A stretch of DNA of 64,000 nucleotides from Armatimonadota bacterium (GTDB taxonomy: Bacteria > Armatimonadota > SYMT01), in assembly GCA_041690135.1 (NCBI GenBank), contig JAWLHY010000009.1, positions 224,001-288,000 on the forward strand. The letters are read 5' to 3'. Below the pieces are notes generated by a model that was not told the origin of the DNA, ran no database searches, and saw nothing but the letters and a program-made list of their open reading frames with translations. Position numbers and translations under genes: made by a program. Below, one piece after another: positions 1 through 10,457 of the stretch (positions are counted from its first letter, which is position 1; each line of letters starts with the position of its first letter).

Positions 1-31
1 AGGGGCGAGTGACGTGTACCTGGAGGCATCT

Positions 32-1327
32 ATGTCTCAAGTAAAGCGAATCTTACACGTTTTCTTGCCCTGTGGCGTCGCCGGTACCGAGACGATGATC
101 CGGGTGTTGATCCAGCGGCTGGCCACGCGCGGCGTGGAATCGGAGGCGTACTTCAGCCGCGATATTGGCGGCAGTGCCCTGTTCCGCGCCACCTGCGTCA
201 CCCACTCCGATGAGGAGCGGTCGCTCGTTTCGGTCATCCGGGAAGGACGCTTCGACGCGATCCACGCAACAGCATCCTCGATCACCCTGGAAGTGCCTGC
301 TGCGGTTGAGCGGGCCGGGTTTACCGGCCCCGTGATCGTCTCTTGCCACGGTGATTACGTGGTCGGCTGGAACCGCAGAAATGCGAGTACGATCACCAGC
401 CAGACGGAGTGGTGGAAGGATAAGATCCAGCCGTACACGGACGTGCCGCTCGCGATACTACGGAACCCCGTGGTCCTCGACCATTTTCCGGCAGTGACGC
501 GGGAACGGGGGCGAGAACGGCCGATACTCGGGTGGGTCGGCCATACCACGGACGCCCGCAAAGGTCCCGACCTGTTGAAGGCGCTGATGGCCGCGCTGCC
601 GCGAGAGGCCTACGACTTCTATATCGCCGACACGGACGACGCGGGCGATCCGCGGAAGGTATTCGGCGACCTGGCGGACCGGGTGGTGCGTTACGGCTAC
701 GTTCCGCACCGGGAAATGCCCGGCTTCTTCCAGGACATCGCCCGATCGGGCGGAGCCGTGTTCAGTACTTCGAACTCGGAAACGTTTCCGCTTTGCCTGA
801 TGGAAGCCATGTCCACGGGCTGCCCCGTGGTGGTGCCGGACGCGTGGGGCGCCCGGGAAATGATGGACAACGATCGCGCTGGCCTGATCTACGATCCAGT
901 CACGGCTCCCGGCAGCATTCTTACTTGCCTGGAGCAGCTGCGAGACCCGGAGGCATGGACGCGTTGCGCGGAGATGGGTCGCCAGGTCGTCCGGCAGTAC
1001 GACGCGGACGGGGTGGCGGAGCGGTTTCTCCAGATCTGCGAGGAGGCCGCTACCCGGCGGCGGTCCGCGGGGTGGCTCGCGGGAGCGAAGTGGGCTTTCC
1101 GTTCAGCGGCGCATTACTCCCGGCCCTTGCCGGAGCAGATGTTTCTCTACCGGCCCCGTTTTGCCGCGGAAGCCCTGGAGAAGGCCCTGCGCGCCCACGA
1201 AGCGGGCCAGGGAGGGCAAACGCGGCGAGCCCTACTGGATGCTCTGCGCGTATTCCCAGTGGTCTACCTGAAGCCGTGGCGAGCGAAATTCCTCCTGCGC
1301 ACGCTTCTCTTCCCGAGCCACCAGTGA
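32..1327 (+). CDS. Glycosyltransferase, GT4/GT-B family
   Basis: ETFPLCLMEAMSTGCPVV (E-x7-E) GT4 motif; ATG at 32 follows GGAGG. Confidence 0.85.
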   Translation: MSQVKRILHVFLPCGVAGTETMIRVLIQRLATRGVESEAYFSRDIGGSALFRATCVTHSDEERSLVSVIREGRFDAIHATASSITLEVPAAVERAGFTGPVIVSCHGDYVVGWNRRNASTITSQTEWWKDKIQPYTDVPLAILRNPVVLDHFPAVTRERGRERPILGWVGHTTDARKGPDLLKALMAALPREAYDFYIADTDDAGDPRKVFGDLADRVVRYGYVPHREMPGFFQDIARSGGAVFSTSNSETFPLCLMEAMSTGCPVVVPDAWGAREMMDNDRAGLIYDPVTAPGSILTCLEQLRDPEAWTRCAEMGRQVVRQYDADGVAERFLQICEEAATRRRSAGWLAGAKWAFRSAAHYSRPLPEQMFLYRPRFAAEALEKALRAHEAGQGGQTRRALLDALRVFPVVYLKPWRAKFLLRTLLFPSHQ

Positions 1328-1341
1328 GCCAGTCTGTGTTA

Positions 1342-2256
1342 ATGCCGCCCCGGGTCTCCATTGTCATACCGGTCTATAACCAGGTGGAGCTACTGGCCCG
1401 CTGCCTCGAATCGTTGCGGGGGCAAACGGAGCCGGGGCTGCAGGTGATCGTCGTCGACGATCGCTCGCCCGAAGATCCCACACCCGTGCTGCGCGATCAC
1501 GAATGGGTGGAGGTGATCCGCCTGGAAATGAATTCGGGGTATGCGGCGGCGAACAACGCGGGTTTTGCCCGGGCGACGGGACGCTTCTACATGTGGTTGA
1601 ACTCCGACACGGAGTTGCCGCCGGATGCGGTGCAGCGCTTGGCCGACTACCTGGAGGCGCACCCGGGAGCCGGAGGCGTCGCGCCACTCCATCGCGACAC
1701 GCAGGGAGAGATCCAGCGGACCTGCTACGGGTTCCCCGACCTGCCCACCGGTGCGTTGTGGGATTCCGTCGTTCACCTCCTCCGGCCCGGCCATCCGGTC
1801 TTGCGGAAGTACCAACTGGCCGACTGGGACCACCAGTCCGAGCGGTGGGTGGAGCACGCACAGACGAGTTGCCTCCTGGTGCGGCGCGAAGCTTACGAAG
1901 CCGCGGGAGGGATGGACCCCCGTCTTTTCCTTTTCTACAACGATACGGACGTCTGCTTTCAGATGGCTCGGAAGGGCTACCCGATCCGGTTCATCCCGGA
2001 CGTGGAGATCCACCACCACGGCGGCGCGAGCGTGAAGACCTTCGACCGTGCTGAAGCGCAGGTTTTGGGGGACCGATATCGATACTACCGCAAGTGGTAC
2101 GGCTGGCGCGGTGGGGCCGCGGTTCGGCTGGCCCTGTGGTCACGTATCGGTTACGAAGCGCTGGTAGAATTCGCCCACCTGAACTGGCGTTTTGCATGGT
2201 CGAAGGTGCGCCGAGGCCTCCGTATGAACCAGGCTTTCACAATGACACGTTCTTGA
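1342..2256 (+). CDS. Glycosyltransferase family 2 (rhamnosyltransferase-like)
   Basis: VSIVIPVYN, VVDDRS, GYAAANNAG, WLNSD, FLFYNDTD. Start at ATG 1342 or GTG 1324; the ORF-track start at 532 overlaps the previous gene. Confidence 0.9.
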   Translation: MPPRVSIVIPVYNQVELLARCLESLRGQTEPGLQVIVVDDRSPEDPTPVLRDHEWVEVIRLEMNSGYAAANNAGFARATGRFYMWLNSDTELPPDAVQRLADYLEAHPGAGGVAPLHRDTQGEIQRTCYGFPDLPTGALWDSVVHLLRPGHPVLRKYQLADWDHQSERWVEHAQTSCLLVRREAYEAAGGMDPRLFLFYNDTDVCFQMARKGYPIRFIPDVEIHHHGGASVKTFDRAEAQVLGDRYRYYRKWYGWRGGAAVRLALWSRIGYEALVEFAHLNWRFAWSKVRRGLRMNQAFTMTRS

Positions 2257-2283
2257 GAGAACGCTCGGAGCACGGTCGGCAAG

Positions 2284-3177
2284 ATGTCTTTGATGGCTAA
2301 GATTGGGACGGCGGCGGGCTGGCGGAGCCGCCATCTACTGGGAAAACTCGCGGGCCGTCGGACCATGGTCCCCTGGCCGGTCCTCTGGGGGGAGATTTCG
2401 ACCCGGAGAGAACTGGCCTTCGACGCACCGGAGTTTCAGACCGTGGCGACGGACCTCGCCGCCGGGATGGTTCAGGTGCGCGGCGGCGAAGTGGACCTGT
2501 GGCTTCCCGACGGCATCTACTTCGGCGCGCTGCCGCACATCTTCAAGGAAGTCTATAATCCGGGGAACCCCCACTACTACGAGCATGGTGAATGCCGGCT
2601 GCGACCGGGAGATGTGGTGGTGGACGGAGGCGCGTGTGAGGGCATCTTCACCCGGTTCGCCCTGGATCGCGGCGCGAAAGTCATCGTGGTCGAACCGTGG
2701 TCCCGCATGGCGGACGCCCTGCGTAAGACGTTCGCGCGCGAGATCGAGGAAGGCCGGGTGGTGGTGGAACGCGCCCTGATCGATTGCCGGGAGGGGGAGT
2801 CGACTCTCACCCTGAACCCCCGGTTCCCCTTCGAGGCTTGCGAGGGCCAGGCGACGAGCGCGGATACAATCAGCGAACCCGTACCCGTGCGGACACTGGA
2901 CACCATTATCCAGCGGTCTCCCTGGGGCCGTTGTGACTTTCTGAAGATGGACATCGAAGGCCACGAGCGTCCCGCGCTGGCCAGCGCGTCGGCCACGCTG
3001 AAGCGGGACCGTCCCCGGATCGCCATCGCCGTCTACCACCATGCGCAGGGTTACCGGGAGATTGCCGCGGACCTCCGCGACCTGGGACTCGGTTACCACG
3101 TTGCCGGAAAAGGATTGGCGCTGGGAGACAAAACGGTGTGGCGTCCGATGCTCCTCCACGCCTGGACCACCTCCTGA
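2284..3177 (+). CDS. FkbM family methyltransferase
   Basis: VVDGGACEG SAM motif, DFLKMDIEGHE, IAVYH. Confidence 0.9.
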   Translation: MSLMAKIGTAAGWRSRHLLGKLAGRRTMVPWPVLWGEISTRRELAFDAPEFQTVATDLAAGMVQVRGGEVDLWLPDGIYFGALPHIFKEVYNPGNPHYYEHGECRLRPGDVVVDGGACEGIFTRFALDRGAKVIVVEPWSRMADALRKTFAREIEEGRVVVERALIDCREGESTLTLNPRFPFEACEGQATSADTISEPVPVRTLDTIIQRSPWGRCDFLKMDIEGHERPALASASATLKRDRPRIAIAVYHHAQGYREIAADLRDLGLGYHVAGKGLALGDKTVWRPMLLHAWTTS

Positions 3178-3178
3178 C

Positions 3179-4456
3179 GTGACGACAATCGCTCCAACAC
3201 AACACGGGAAGTCCCTGGATTGGCCGAAAATCGGTGTCATCCAGCCGCGATTGGATGGCCACGGCGGGGTGGAGAAGTACGGAGCTTTTTTAATTGAGGC
3301 CCTGGCGCGAAGGGGGCCGGTGGATGTCATTTCGGAACATACGGTCGATCCCGAGGCGGTCGCGCGCGCCTTTAACCTGCGGCTGGAGGGTCCGCGATTT
3401 CTAAAGGACCCGCGCTGCAATCCTCCGGGGTCCTTTGCGGCCCGGGGACGTCTCCACGCCGCCTACCTACGGCACCAGGTGCGCGCGGGCTATGAGGCGG
3501 TCAGCCGGCCCTACGATCTCCTGATTGCCACCGTGGGCACGCTGCCCTGGCGGAGCGCGGCGCGCCGGAGCGTGCTCATCTGTCACTTTCCCGTCGTGCG
3601 AGGTCAGCGAGTCAACCCGTCCATTTCCCACTCGGGGCTGGCCACCCTGACCAGTTCCGCCGCGCGCGAACAGCGGGACATTCGCTCCCGCCTGGATAGT
3701 TGGAACCGGATTATTGCCAACAGCGAGTTCAGCCGCTACTGGATGGGCCAGTACTGGCAGCGAGACGCCGAAGTCATTCATCCGCCCATCGAAAAGACGG
3801 CCACGCCCGACCTGGCCAACAAGAGGAACTGGATCATTGCCGCGGGAGCATTCTCCCGCCCCGCGGGGCATGCGGGGGACCCGTGGAGTTACAAGCGCCA
3901 GGAAGTGATGATCGACGCCTTCAAGCAGCTTTGTGATAGCGGCCTGCGCGGTTGGGAACTCCACTTGGCGGGCCATGTGCTGCCGCCGAGCCCGGATATG
4001 TTTGCCTGGGTGGATGAACTGCGCGACCGGGCGCAGGGCTATCCGGTCGTACTCCACCCCTCTTGCCCCTACTCGGAACTCGAGGAACTGTACCGGCTCG
4101 GGTCGATTTTCTGGCACGCCACGGGATACGGGATCGATCCGGAGGTGTATCCCGAGAAGACCGAACACTTCGGCATGGTGACGGTGGAAGCGATGGGTTG
4201 GGGCTGCGTGCCGGTAGTCGTCAACCTGGGAGGACAGCCGGAGATCGTCGAGCATGGTCGCTCCGGGTTCCTGTGGGACACCCGCGAGCAACTGCAGGCC
4301 CATACGCGCGCCCTGGCTGAGTCCTCCGATCAGCGGAAGGCCCTGGCGATGGGGGCCGTCGCGCGTTCCTCCCACTTCGGGTTGGACCGTTTCAACCAGC
4401 AGGTCAACCGACTCCTGGATGAGGAGTTGGCTCTTCTCCACGCGGACAGGCGCTGA
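3179..4456 (+). CDS. Glycosyltransferase family 4
   Basis: GGVEK N-terminal loop, IANSEFS, EHFGMVTVEAMGWGCVPV; GTG just after upstream stop. Confidence 0.9.
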   Translation: MTTIAPTQHGKSLDWPKIGVIQPRLDGHGGVEKYGAFLIEALARRGPVDVISEHTVDPEAVARAFNLRLEGPRFLKDPRCNPPGSFAARGRLHAAYLRHQVRAGYEAVSRPYDLLIATVGTLPWRSAARRSVLICHFPVVRGQRVNPSISHSGLATLTSSAAREQRDIRSRLDSWNRIIANSEFSRYWMGQYWQRDAEVIHPPIEKTATPDLANKRNWIIAAGAFSRPAGHAGDPWSYKRQEVMIDAFKQLCDSGLRGWELHLAGHVLPPSPDMFAWVDELRDRAQGYPVVLHPSCPYSELEELYRLGSIFWHATGYGIDPEVYPEKTEHFGMVTVEAMGWGCVPVVVNLGGQPEIVEHGRSGFLWDTREQLQAHTRALAESSDQRKALAMGAVARSSHFGLDRFNQQVNRLLDEELALLHADRR

Positions 4457-4469
4457 AAGGCACCCGGCG

Positions 4470-5402
4470 ATGTCACGATTTGCTTTTGCCTTTTACGCCA
4501 CCCAGTGGCGCCCGGATCTCACCGATCCGCTGCGCGCCTGCCTTTATTCGCTCGACACTCGCGGCGGCGCGGCGGCGAACTATCCTCGCTACCTGGTCTA
4601 CGCCGAAGAAATCACCGCGGACATCCGCGCCTTCTGTGACCGGTACCGGATGATTCCGGTACACCAGCCGCGGTTCACCTACCGGCTTTCATACCCCAAC
4701 AAAGCCACCATGCTCCTGATACCGGAGCATGAGGCGGTCTGCCTGACTGACCTCGATCTGATCTTCCTCTCGGACCCCACGCCGATGTTCGAGGAAGTGG
4801 CCCGCTCGGGGAAGGTGCACACCCGATACGATCTCATTGTGCCGCTGTGGCCCTGGCCGAAGCTGCCGAAGGCATGGGCCGAGCATCTGCGCTGGAAGGT
4901 AGCTCCCTCGGTGTGGCGCGCGCAGTACCAGCGGTTTGCTCGACCGGGCACGCCTCCCGTCACCGAGATGCCCTGGCGGGAGTGCGGAAGCCTTCCGGCC
5001 TATTTCAATGACGGAGTCGCCTTTGTTCCCGGCAAATCGATGCGCCCACTGCACGACGTATGGCGCGAGGTCGCGCTGACCTGGTTGCAGGATGTGGCGC
5101 TGCGCCGCCCTTACACCTGGCTGTTCACGAACCATTTCACCAGCCAGATCAGTTACTCATTGGCGTTACATCGCGGGCAGATCCCTTGGGCCGTGCTCCC
5201 TTCCACGCATAACCTGATTCCCGCCGAGGCGATGAACGAGGCGGACCGGGCTTTGATCGGCACGGATCGGGTGGTGATGGCGCACATGGTCTCCGGAGTG
5301 CGCCACTGGCTGCAGCCAGGGGCGGCCCCGGCCTGCCCGGACTGGATGCTTCCCCTCTATCATCAGGTGCAAGAAGTGGTGAAAGGGGTTCCCGCCCCGT
5401 GA
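4470..5402 (+). CDS. Hypothetical protein, probable GT-A fold (GT8-like) glycosyltransferase
   Basis: YPNK...LTDLDLIFL (DxD), YFNDGV and 'LPSTHN' resemble GT8-like motifs; operon context. Confidence 0.55.
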   Translation: MSRFAFAFYATQWRPDLTDPLRACLYSLDTRGGAAANYPRYLVYAEEITADIRAFCDRYRMIPVHQPRFTYRLSYPNKATMLLIPEHEAVCLTDLDLIFLSDPTPMFEEVARSGKVHTRYDLIVPLWPWPKLPKAWAEHLRWKVAPSVWRAQYQRFARPGTPPVTEMPWRECGSLPAYFNDGVAFVPGKSMRPLHDVWREVALTWLQDVALRRPYTWLFTNHFTSQISYSLALHRGQIPWAVLPSTHNLIPAEAMNEADRALIGTDRVVMAHMVSGVRHWLQPGAAPACPDWMLPLYHQVQEVVKGVPAP

Positions 5403-5571
5403 GGCGGCGCGGACCGGGATGCGAACCGGCACTCCGAAGCGGACGTCCCTCTGGTTTGAAGGCGCCGCGCGTTCGACCGACAATTGCCCTGGCAGCATGC
5501 GGTTGCCCAGCCCCGGCTCCCCGGACCCAAGGCGTGTGCCGAAGCCGGCAGTGTGGTTGTGAGAGGGATCG

Positions 5572-6519
5572 ATGCAAGTCTTAATACCGGCCGGCGGCCG
5601 CGGCGTTCGCCTCCGTCCGCTGACCAATGACACTCCCAAACCGCTGCTTCCGTTGGGCGATCGCCCCATCCTCACGCGGATCGTCGAGGACCTTCCTACG
5701 GAATTCCCGGCCAACGTGCTGGTCACTCCCGAGTTGGAGACCCAGTTCGCCGGTTGGCGTACGAGTTTGTGCGGAGTTCGCCCGGTGCGGCTGTACGTGG
5801 AGCGCCCCCGCGTGGCAGGCCCGCCCGGACCCGTGGTGGCGCTTTCCGACTGTCTGAGTGACTTTCGGATCGAGGATGACCTCCTCATCATGATGGGGGA
5901 CAGCATCCATCCCTTCGCCATGGCGGATTTCCTCGCGACGGGATCGCCGGATGAACTTCGGATTGCCGCGTACCAGCTCCCGGACATTCGCCAGGCCGGG
6001 CGGTTCGGGGTTCTCGAACTCGGGCCGGGGGACCGGCTGGCCTCCTTTGAGGAGAAGCCGGAGCAGCCGCGCTCGCCCTGGATCTTCACGGGCTGCATGT
6101 ATGTGCCGCGGCGAGCCGTTCCCCTGCTTCACGAGATCGCGGCCCAGGGCTTACCGCAGATGGGCCATTTGGTGGCACGCTACCTGGAGTTCGGTGAGAC
6201 CGTCCGCGTCTTCCGCGCCACGGGCGAATGGCACGACATCGGTACGTTCCAATCTTACCTGGCGGCCCACCAGCGCTTGCTCTCCTCGGAATGCCAGCAA
6301 AACCTGCTCTCCACGGGCAACTCGTTGGACGGGGTGGTTTACGTGCACCCGGCGGCTCGCGTCTCCGGTTCGCGTTTGCGGGACTGCATCGTCTCCGCCG
6401 GGGCGGACATCGCGGACGCCGATCTCACCAGTTGCGTCGTCCAGGCGGCCGTATCGATCCGAGGCCGTGAAATCAACGGAAAACTCATCGGGGCAGAAGC
6501 CGAGCTTCCGCTCTTCTAG
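5572..6519 (+). CDS. Sugar-phosphate nucleotidyltransferase
   Basis: PAGGRGVRLRPLT..PKPLLP, FEEKP, WHDIGT, C-terminal hexapeptide-like repeats. Confidence 0.92.
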   Translation: MQVLIPAGGRGVRLRPLTNDTPKPLLPLGDRPILTRIVEDLPTEFPANVLVTPELETQFAGWRTSLCGVRPVRLYVERPRVAGPPGPVVALSDCLSDFRIEDDLLIMMGDSIHPFAMADFLATGSPDELRIAAYQLPDIRQAGRFGVLELGPGDRLASFEEKPEQPRSPWIFTGCMYVPRRAVPLLHEIAAQGLPQMGHLVARYLEFGETVRVFRATGEWHDIGTFQSYLAAHQRLLSSECQQNLLSTGNSLDGVVYVHPAARVSGSRLRDCIVSAGADIADADLTSCVVQAAVSIRGREINGKLIGAEAELPLF

Positions 6520-6546
6520 CTAAGTCTTCTAGTCAGGATCCAGTCA

Positions 6547-7482
6547 GTGAGCCAAAGAGTCTTGATTACCGGTGGGGCCGGTTTCATCGGGTGCAACCTG
6601 GCCCGTCGCCTCGCCCGCAACAACTATCGCGTGCAGGCGGTAGATAATCTCTTCCTCGGCCGAGCGTCCAACCTCCCCACGGAGGTTCCGCTCGTCGTCG
6701 GCGACATCGCCGAGGAGCCGGTGTGGGGTGAGCTCGAACCGGCGGACGGCATCGTGCACCTCGCGGGTGCGTCCTCGGCCCCGATGTTTCCGGACAACCT
6801 GGTGGAGTGCTACCGGAACAACATCCTCGGCTTCATTCGCGTCCTCGACTTTGCCCGGGTCTGCGGGGCGCGCCGGGTGATCTACGCCAGCACCTCTTCG
6901 GTCTACGGCAACGTGACGCCGCCGCTGCGCGAGGACGGCGATCTGGATCTTCCCAATTTCTATGCTGTTTCCAAATACTGCATGGAAGAGATCGCCCGCA
7001 TGTACACGCTGCAGTACCCGCAGGTGGAGACCATCGGCCTGCGCTTCATGAGCGTGTACGGTCCGCGGGAAGACCACAAGGGGATCTACGCCAATCTCGT
7101 TTCGCAGTTCATCTGGGATGTGGAAGCCGGCCGGGCGCCGGTGATCTATGGGGACGGTACGCAGTCCCGCGACTTCACGAACGTGGGAGATATCGCCCAG
7201 GCGATCCAGCGGGTGCTCGAGCATCCGGAGCCGCTGGGGTACACCATCTTCAACGTCGGTACGTCGCATGACACGAACCTGAACGACCTGGTCCAACTCC
7301 TTTCGGGGTTGATGGATGTTCCGGTGACGCCGGAGTACATTCCCAATCCGGTCAAGAAGGGTTACGTCCGCCAGCAGCTCGCCAACCTGGATCGGATCAG
7401 TAGCACTCTGGGATACCAGCCGACCATTTCTCTCCGCGAGGGGATCCAGGAGATACTGGAAACCCGCCGCGCCGCCAGGTAG
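6547..7482 (+). CDS. NAD-dependent epimerase/dehydratase
   Basis: TGGAGFIG, YAVSK (YxxxK), VYGP, GDGTQSRDF. Confidence 0.93.
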   Translation: MSQRVLITGGAGFIGCNLARRLARNNYRVQAVDNLFLGRASNLPTEVPLVVGDIAEEPVWGELEPADGIVHLAGASSAPMFPDNLVECYRNNILGFIRVLDFARVCGARRVIYASTSSVYGNVTPPLREDGDLDLPNFYAVSKYCMEEIARMYTLQYPQVETIGLRFMSVYGPREDHKGIYANLVSQFIWDVEAGRAPVIYGDGTQSRDFTNVGDIAQAIQRVLEHPEPLGYTIFNVGTSHDTNLNDLVQLLSGLMDVPVTPEYIPNPVKKGYVRQQLANLDRISSTLGYQPTISLREGIQEILETRRAAR

Positions 7483-7489
7483 AACGCCA

Positions 7490-8281
7490 ATGACCGACAA
7501 CGCCTCCCGTGTGGCTGCTCCGCCCGCCGTTCCGACCGCCGACGTCTGGGACCGGGTGTGGGAAAGCTACGACAAGCTCGCGGAACCCACCACTCCACGC
7601 CTGGTGGATACGATCGCGGCCCTGGGCCCGGCCGGCAAACGGATCTGTGAGGTCGGCTGTGGCACCGGAAAAGACAGCTTCAAGCTGGCGGCCATGGGGG
7701 CGAAGGTCACCAGTGTGGACTTTTCGCTGCGCGCCCTGGAGCTGGTGCAGCGGAAAGCCGGCGTAATCGACGGCCCCGCTCCCGCGCTGGTGGCCGGCGA
7801 TACCTTGAAGCTGCCGTTCCGGGACGCGACGTTCGATATCCTCTTCCACCAGGGCCTGCTGGAGCACTTCCTGGATCCGGTGGCCGTGCTCCGCGAGCAG
7901 TCGCGGGTGGTCAAGCCGGGAGGCTATCTCCTGGTGGACGTGCCCCAGACCTTCAACTGGTATGCCGTAAAGAAGCGGCGCGCGATGAAGGAAGGCACGT
8001 GGTTCGCCGGCTGGGAGACCGACTTCCACCTCCTGGAGCTGCAGAACTGCCTGCGGAAGGCGGGGCTGCGGCCGGTGAAGACCTACGCATACGGCTACTT
8101 CCCGGCGCCGCTCTACATGGTGCGCCACCTGCACGAAGTGGGTGAGACCCGCTTCGGCCGCCCCTTGATGCCGCGCCCGCTGGGGAAGGTTTATGAGCGG
8201 GCCTGCCAGTGGTGGGAAGGCACCTGGATGGCTGCCTATTCGCTCGTGTGCGTCGGCGTACTCGCCCAGAAGCCGGAATAG
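7490..8281 (+). CDS. Class I SAM-dependent methyltransferase
   Basis: EVGCGTG, LPFRDATFD, LEHF, RVVKPGG. Confidence 0.9.
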   Translation: MTDNASRVAAPPAVPTADVWDRVWESYDKLAEPTTPRLVDTIAALGPAGKRICEVGCGTGKDSFKLAAMGAKVTSVDFSLRALELVQRKAGVIDGPAPALVAGDTLKLPFRDATFDILFHQGLLEHFLDPVAVLREQSRVVKPGGYLLVDVPQTFNWYAVKKRRAMKEGTWFAGWETDFHLLELQNCLRKAGLRPVKTYAYGYFPAPLYMVRHLHEVGETRFGRPLMPRPLGKVYERACQWWEGTWMAAYSLVCVGVLAQKPE

Positions 8282-8295
8282 GAAGTCACCTCAGA

Positions 8296-9333
8296 GTGAA
8301 GACACTCGTCATTTCAACCTATCCGCCGGAGCGGTGCGGGGTGGCCCTGTTCACCGCCCAGGCGGTGCAACTCCTGCGCGAGGCCGGGGAAGAAGTGCGC
8401 ATCCTCACCTGGGGGAAGGGGCAGGGCGATATTCACCTGGGTCCCGTGGCGCCCCGGGGGAAACGGGCCCTGGAACTGCTGCGGCATTGTCGCGAGGCGG
8501 ATCGCGTGGTGCTGCACTACATGCCGGACTTCTTTATCGACGATCGGTCGCGCTGGACGCAGATCGAATCGCGCCTGGCACTTACCCGCATCCTGCGCTC
8601 CGTTCGTCCCCTGGAAGTGATGGTCCACGAGCAGCCCTGGTATCCCCCCGTGGAGCAAATGGGGCCGGCCGGGAAGCTGCTGTGGTACCTGGAGCGTCGC
8701 CAGTTCGCCGCGGCGCCCGACCTCCGGTTCCACAACACACCGGCGATCGAAGTGTTCATGCAGCGGTTCCGCCTTCCCGGAACGAACGCGCAGGTGCTGC
8801 CCCACGGGTGTCACTTTCGCGCCAACTACTCGGGAAGCCGGGACGAGGCGCGCGCCGAGCTGGGACTGGACCCGACTCGCCTCATCTTCGTCTCGGTCGG
8901 CTTCATCTCGCCGCGCAAGGGATACGAGCTGGCGCTGGAGGCGCTCTCGCGCATTCCCGAAGTGGATTGTGAGTACTACATCGTCGGGACCGCGCATCCG
9001 GGGAACGGCGCGGACGACGAGCAGTACATCCAGCGCTTGCAAGAATTGAGCGCGGGGGATGCACGCATCCGGTACCTGCTGGATTTTGTAGATGATGTGG
9101 CGTTCGATCGCTGGACCCGCGCCGCGGATGTGGTCCTGATTCCGTCGAAGGCGGCCAGCTCCTCCAGCGTCCTGGCGCGGTGCCGGCTCCTCGGCACTCC
9201 CGCCATTACCACCGCTCAACCCGGGCTGGTGGCGGAGCTAGGCCCCGGTGACCAGGCGATCGCGAGTGCGGAAGAACTGGCGGCCGCGATCCGACGCTGC
9301 CGCCGCGCCGATACCCTCACCGCCGTCGGGTGA
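8296..9333 (+). CDS. Glycosyltransferase family 4
   Basis: STYPPERCGVA, GFISPRKG; degenerate C-terminal motif. Confidence 0.8.
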   Translation: MKTLVISTYPPERCGVALFTAQAVQLLREAGEEVRILTWGKGQGDIHLGPVAPRGKRALELLRHCREADRVVLHYMPDFFIDDRSRWTQIESRLALTRILRSVRPLEVMVHEQPWYPPVEQMGPAGKLLWYLERRQFAAAPDLRFHNTPAIEVFMQRFRLPGTNAQVLPHGCHFRANYSGSRDEARAELGLDPTRLIFVSVGFISPRKGYELALEALSRIPEVDCEYYIVGTAHPGNGADDEQYIQRLQELSAGDARIRYLLDFVDDVAFDRWTRAADVVLIPSKAASSSSVLARCRLLGTPAITTAQPGLVAELGPGDQAIASAEELAAAIRRCRRADTLTAVG

Positions 9334-9349
9334 TCTTTGTCCCGCTGGC

Positions 9350-9387
9350 GGCGAAGGGTAACGCCTTCAGAACGCCGATAATCTCAC
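9350..9387 (+). promoter_or_regulatory. Putative alternative-sigma promoter, copy 1 (GGCGAAGGG-N15-GCCGATAATCTCAC)
   Basis: Intergenic; near-identical motif at 23701 and 62850; GCCGATAA equals the sigma28 -10 consensus. Confidence 0.6.
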
Positions 9388-9449
9388 AGGTCGCCCGTAG
9401 CAGATAGGCGACGACCGCCCGAGAGCGGTAGGCCCCCGGAGGGAGACTC

Positions 9450-10457
9450 TTGAAGCGAGCACTAATTACCGGCATTACCGGCCAGGATGGACCGTACCTG
9501 GCGGCCCACCTGATTTCCCTGGGCTACCAGGTATTCGGGCTGGTGCGTGGGCACGACAACCCGAAACTCCGCGGCGTCCGGGAGATCGTGCCCGACATCG
9601 AGTTTGTCGGGGGCGATCTCCTCGACCACGTGTCCTTGATCCGGGCGGTGGAGCAGGCCGCGCCGGATGAGCTTTACAATCTGGCCGCCATCTCCGCGGT
9701 TCCCATCTCGTGGCAGCAGTCCGAGTTGGTGAGCCAGATCAACGGCCTGGGAGTGTGGCGGCTGCTGGAAGCCCTGCGCATCACCGGCCGCACCCGGACC
9801 CGTTTCTTCCAGGCTTCGAGCGCCGAAGTGTTCGGAGACGTGGACCGCTGCCCGCAGGACGAGTCCACTCCCATCCGGCCGCGGAACCCGTATGGGATCG
9901 CCAAACTGTACGCCCACGAGGTGGTCAGGAACTACCGCGATCACTTCGGGATGTTTGCGGTCAATGGCATTCTCTACCCGCACGAGAGCCTGCGGCGGAG
10001 CGAAGAGTTCGTGACCCGCAAGATCACGCGGGCCGCGGCGCGGATCAAGCTGGGGATGCAGAAGGAGTTGGGCATCGGGAACCTGCAGGCCCAGCGAGAC
10101 TGGGGCTATGCGCCGGATTACGTCCGCGCTTACCACCTGATGCTCCAGCACGACATGCCGGAAGACTTCGTCATCGGCTCGGGCGTGATGCACACCATTG
10201 AGGACGTGCTGCGGATCGCCTTCAGCCGGGTGGGCCTGGACTGGTGCGAGTACGTCAAGGTCGACCCTCGGTTCTACCGGAAGCCGGAGCAGTTCCCCAT
10301 GCGCAGCGACGCCGGCAAGGCGCGAGAGAAGCTGGGCTGGGAGCCCCGGGTGACGGTGGAGCAGATGATCCAGATGATGGTGGACTACGATTTGAACGAT
10401 CTGGCCGGCGAGGGAAGCGCTCCCGTTCCCGGCGGTCTGGTGGAGAGCATTGCATGA
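9450..10457 (+). CDS. gmd: GDP-mannose 4,6-dehydratase
   Basis: ALITGITGQDG, YNLAA, QASSAEVFG, PYGIAK, HES.RR.EEFVTRKIT, RDWGYA. Confidence 0.93.
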   Translation: MKRALITGITGQDGPYLAAHLISLGYQVFGLVRGHDNPKLRGVREIVPDIEFVGGDLLDHVSLIRAVEQAAPDELYNLAAISAVPISWQQSELVSQINGLGVWRLLEALRITGRTRTRFFQASSAEVFGDVDRCPQDESTPIRPRNPYGIAKLYAHEVVRNYRDHFGMFAVNGILYPHESLRRSEEFVTRKITRAAARIKLGMQKELGIGNLQAQRDWGYAPDYVRAYHLMLQHDMPEDFVIGSGVMHTIEDVLRIAFSRVGLDWCEYVKVDPRFYRKPEQFPMRSDAGKAREKLGWEPRVTVEQMIQMMVDYDLNDLAGEGSAPVPGGLVESIA

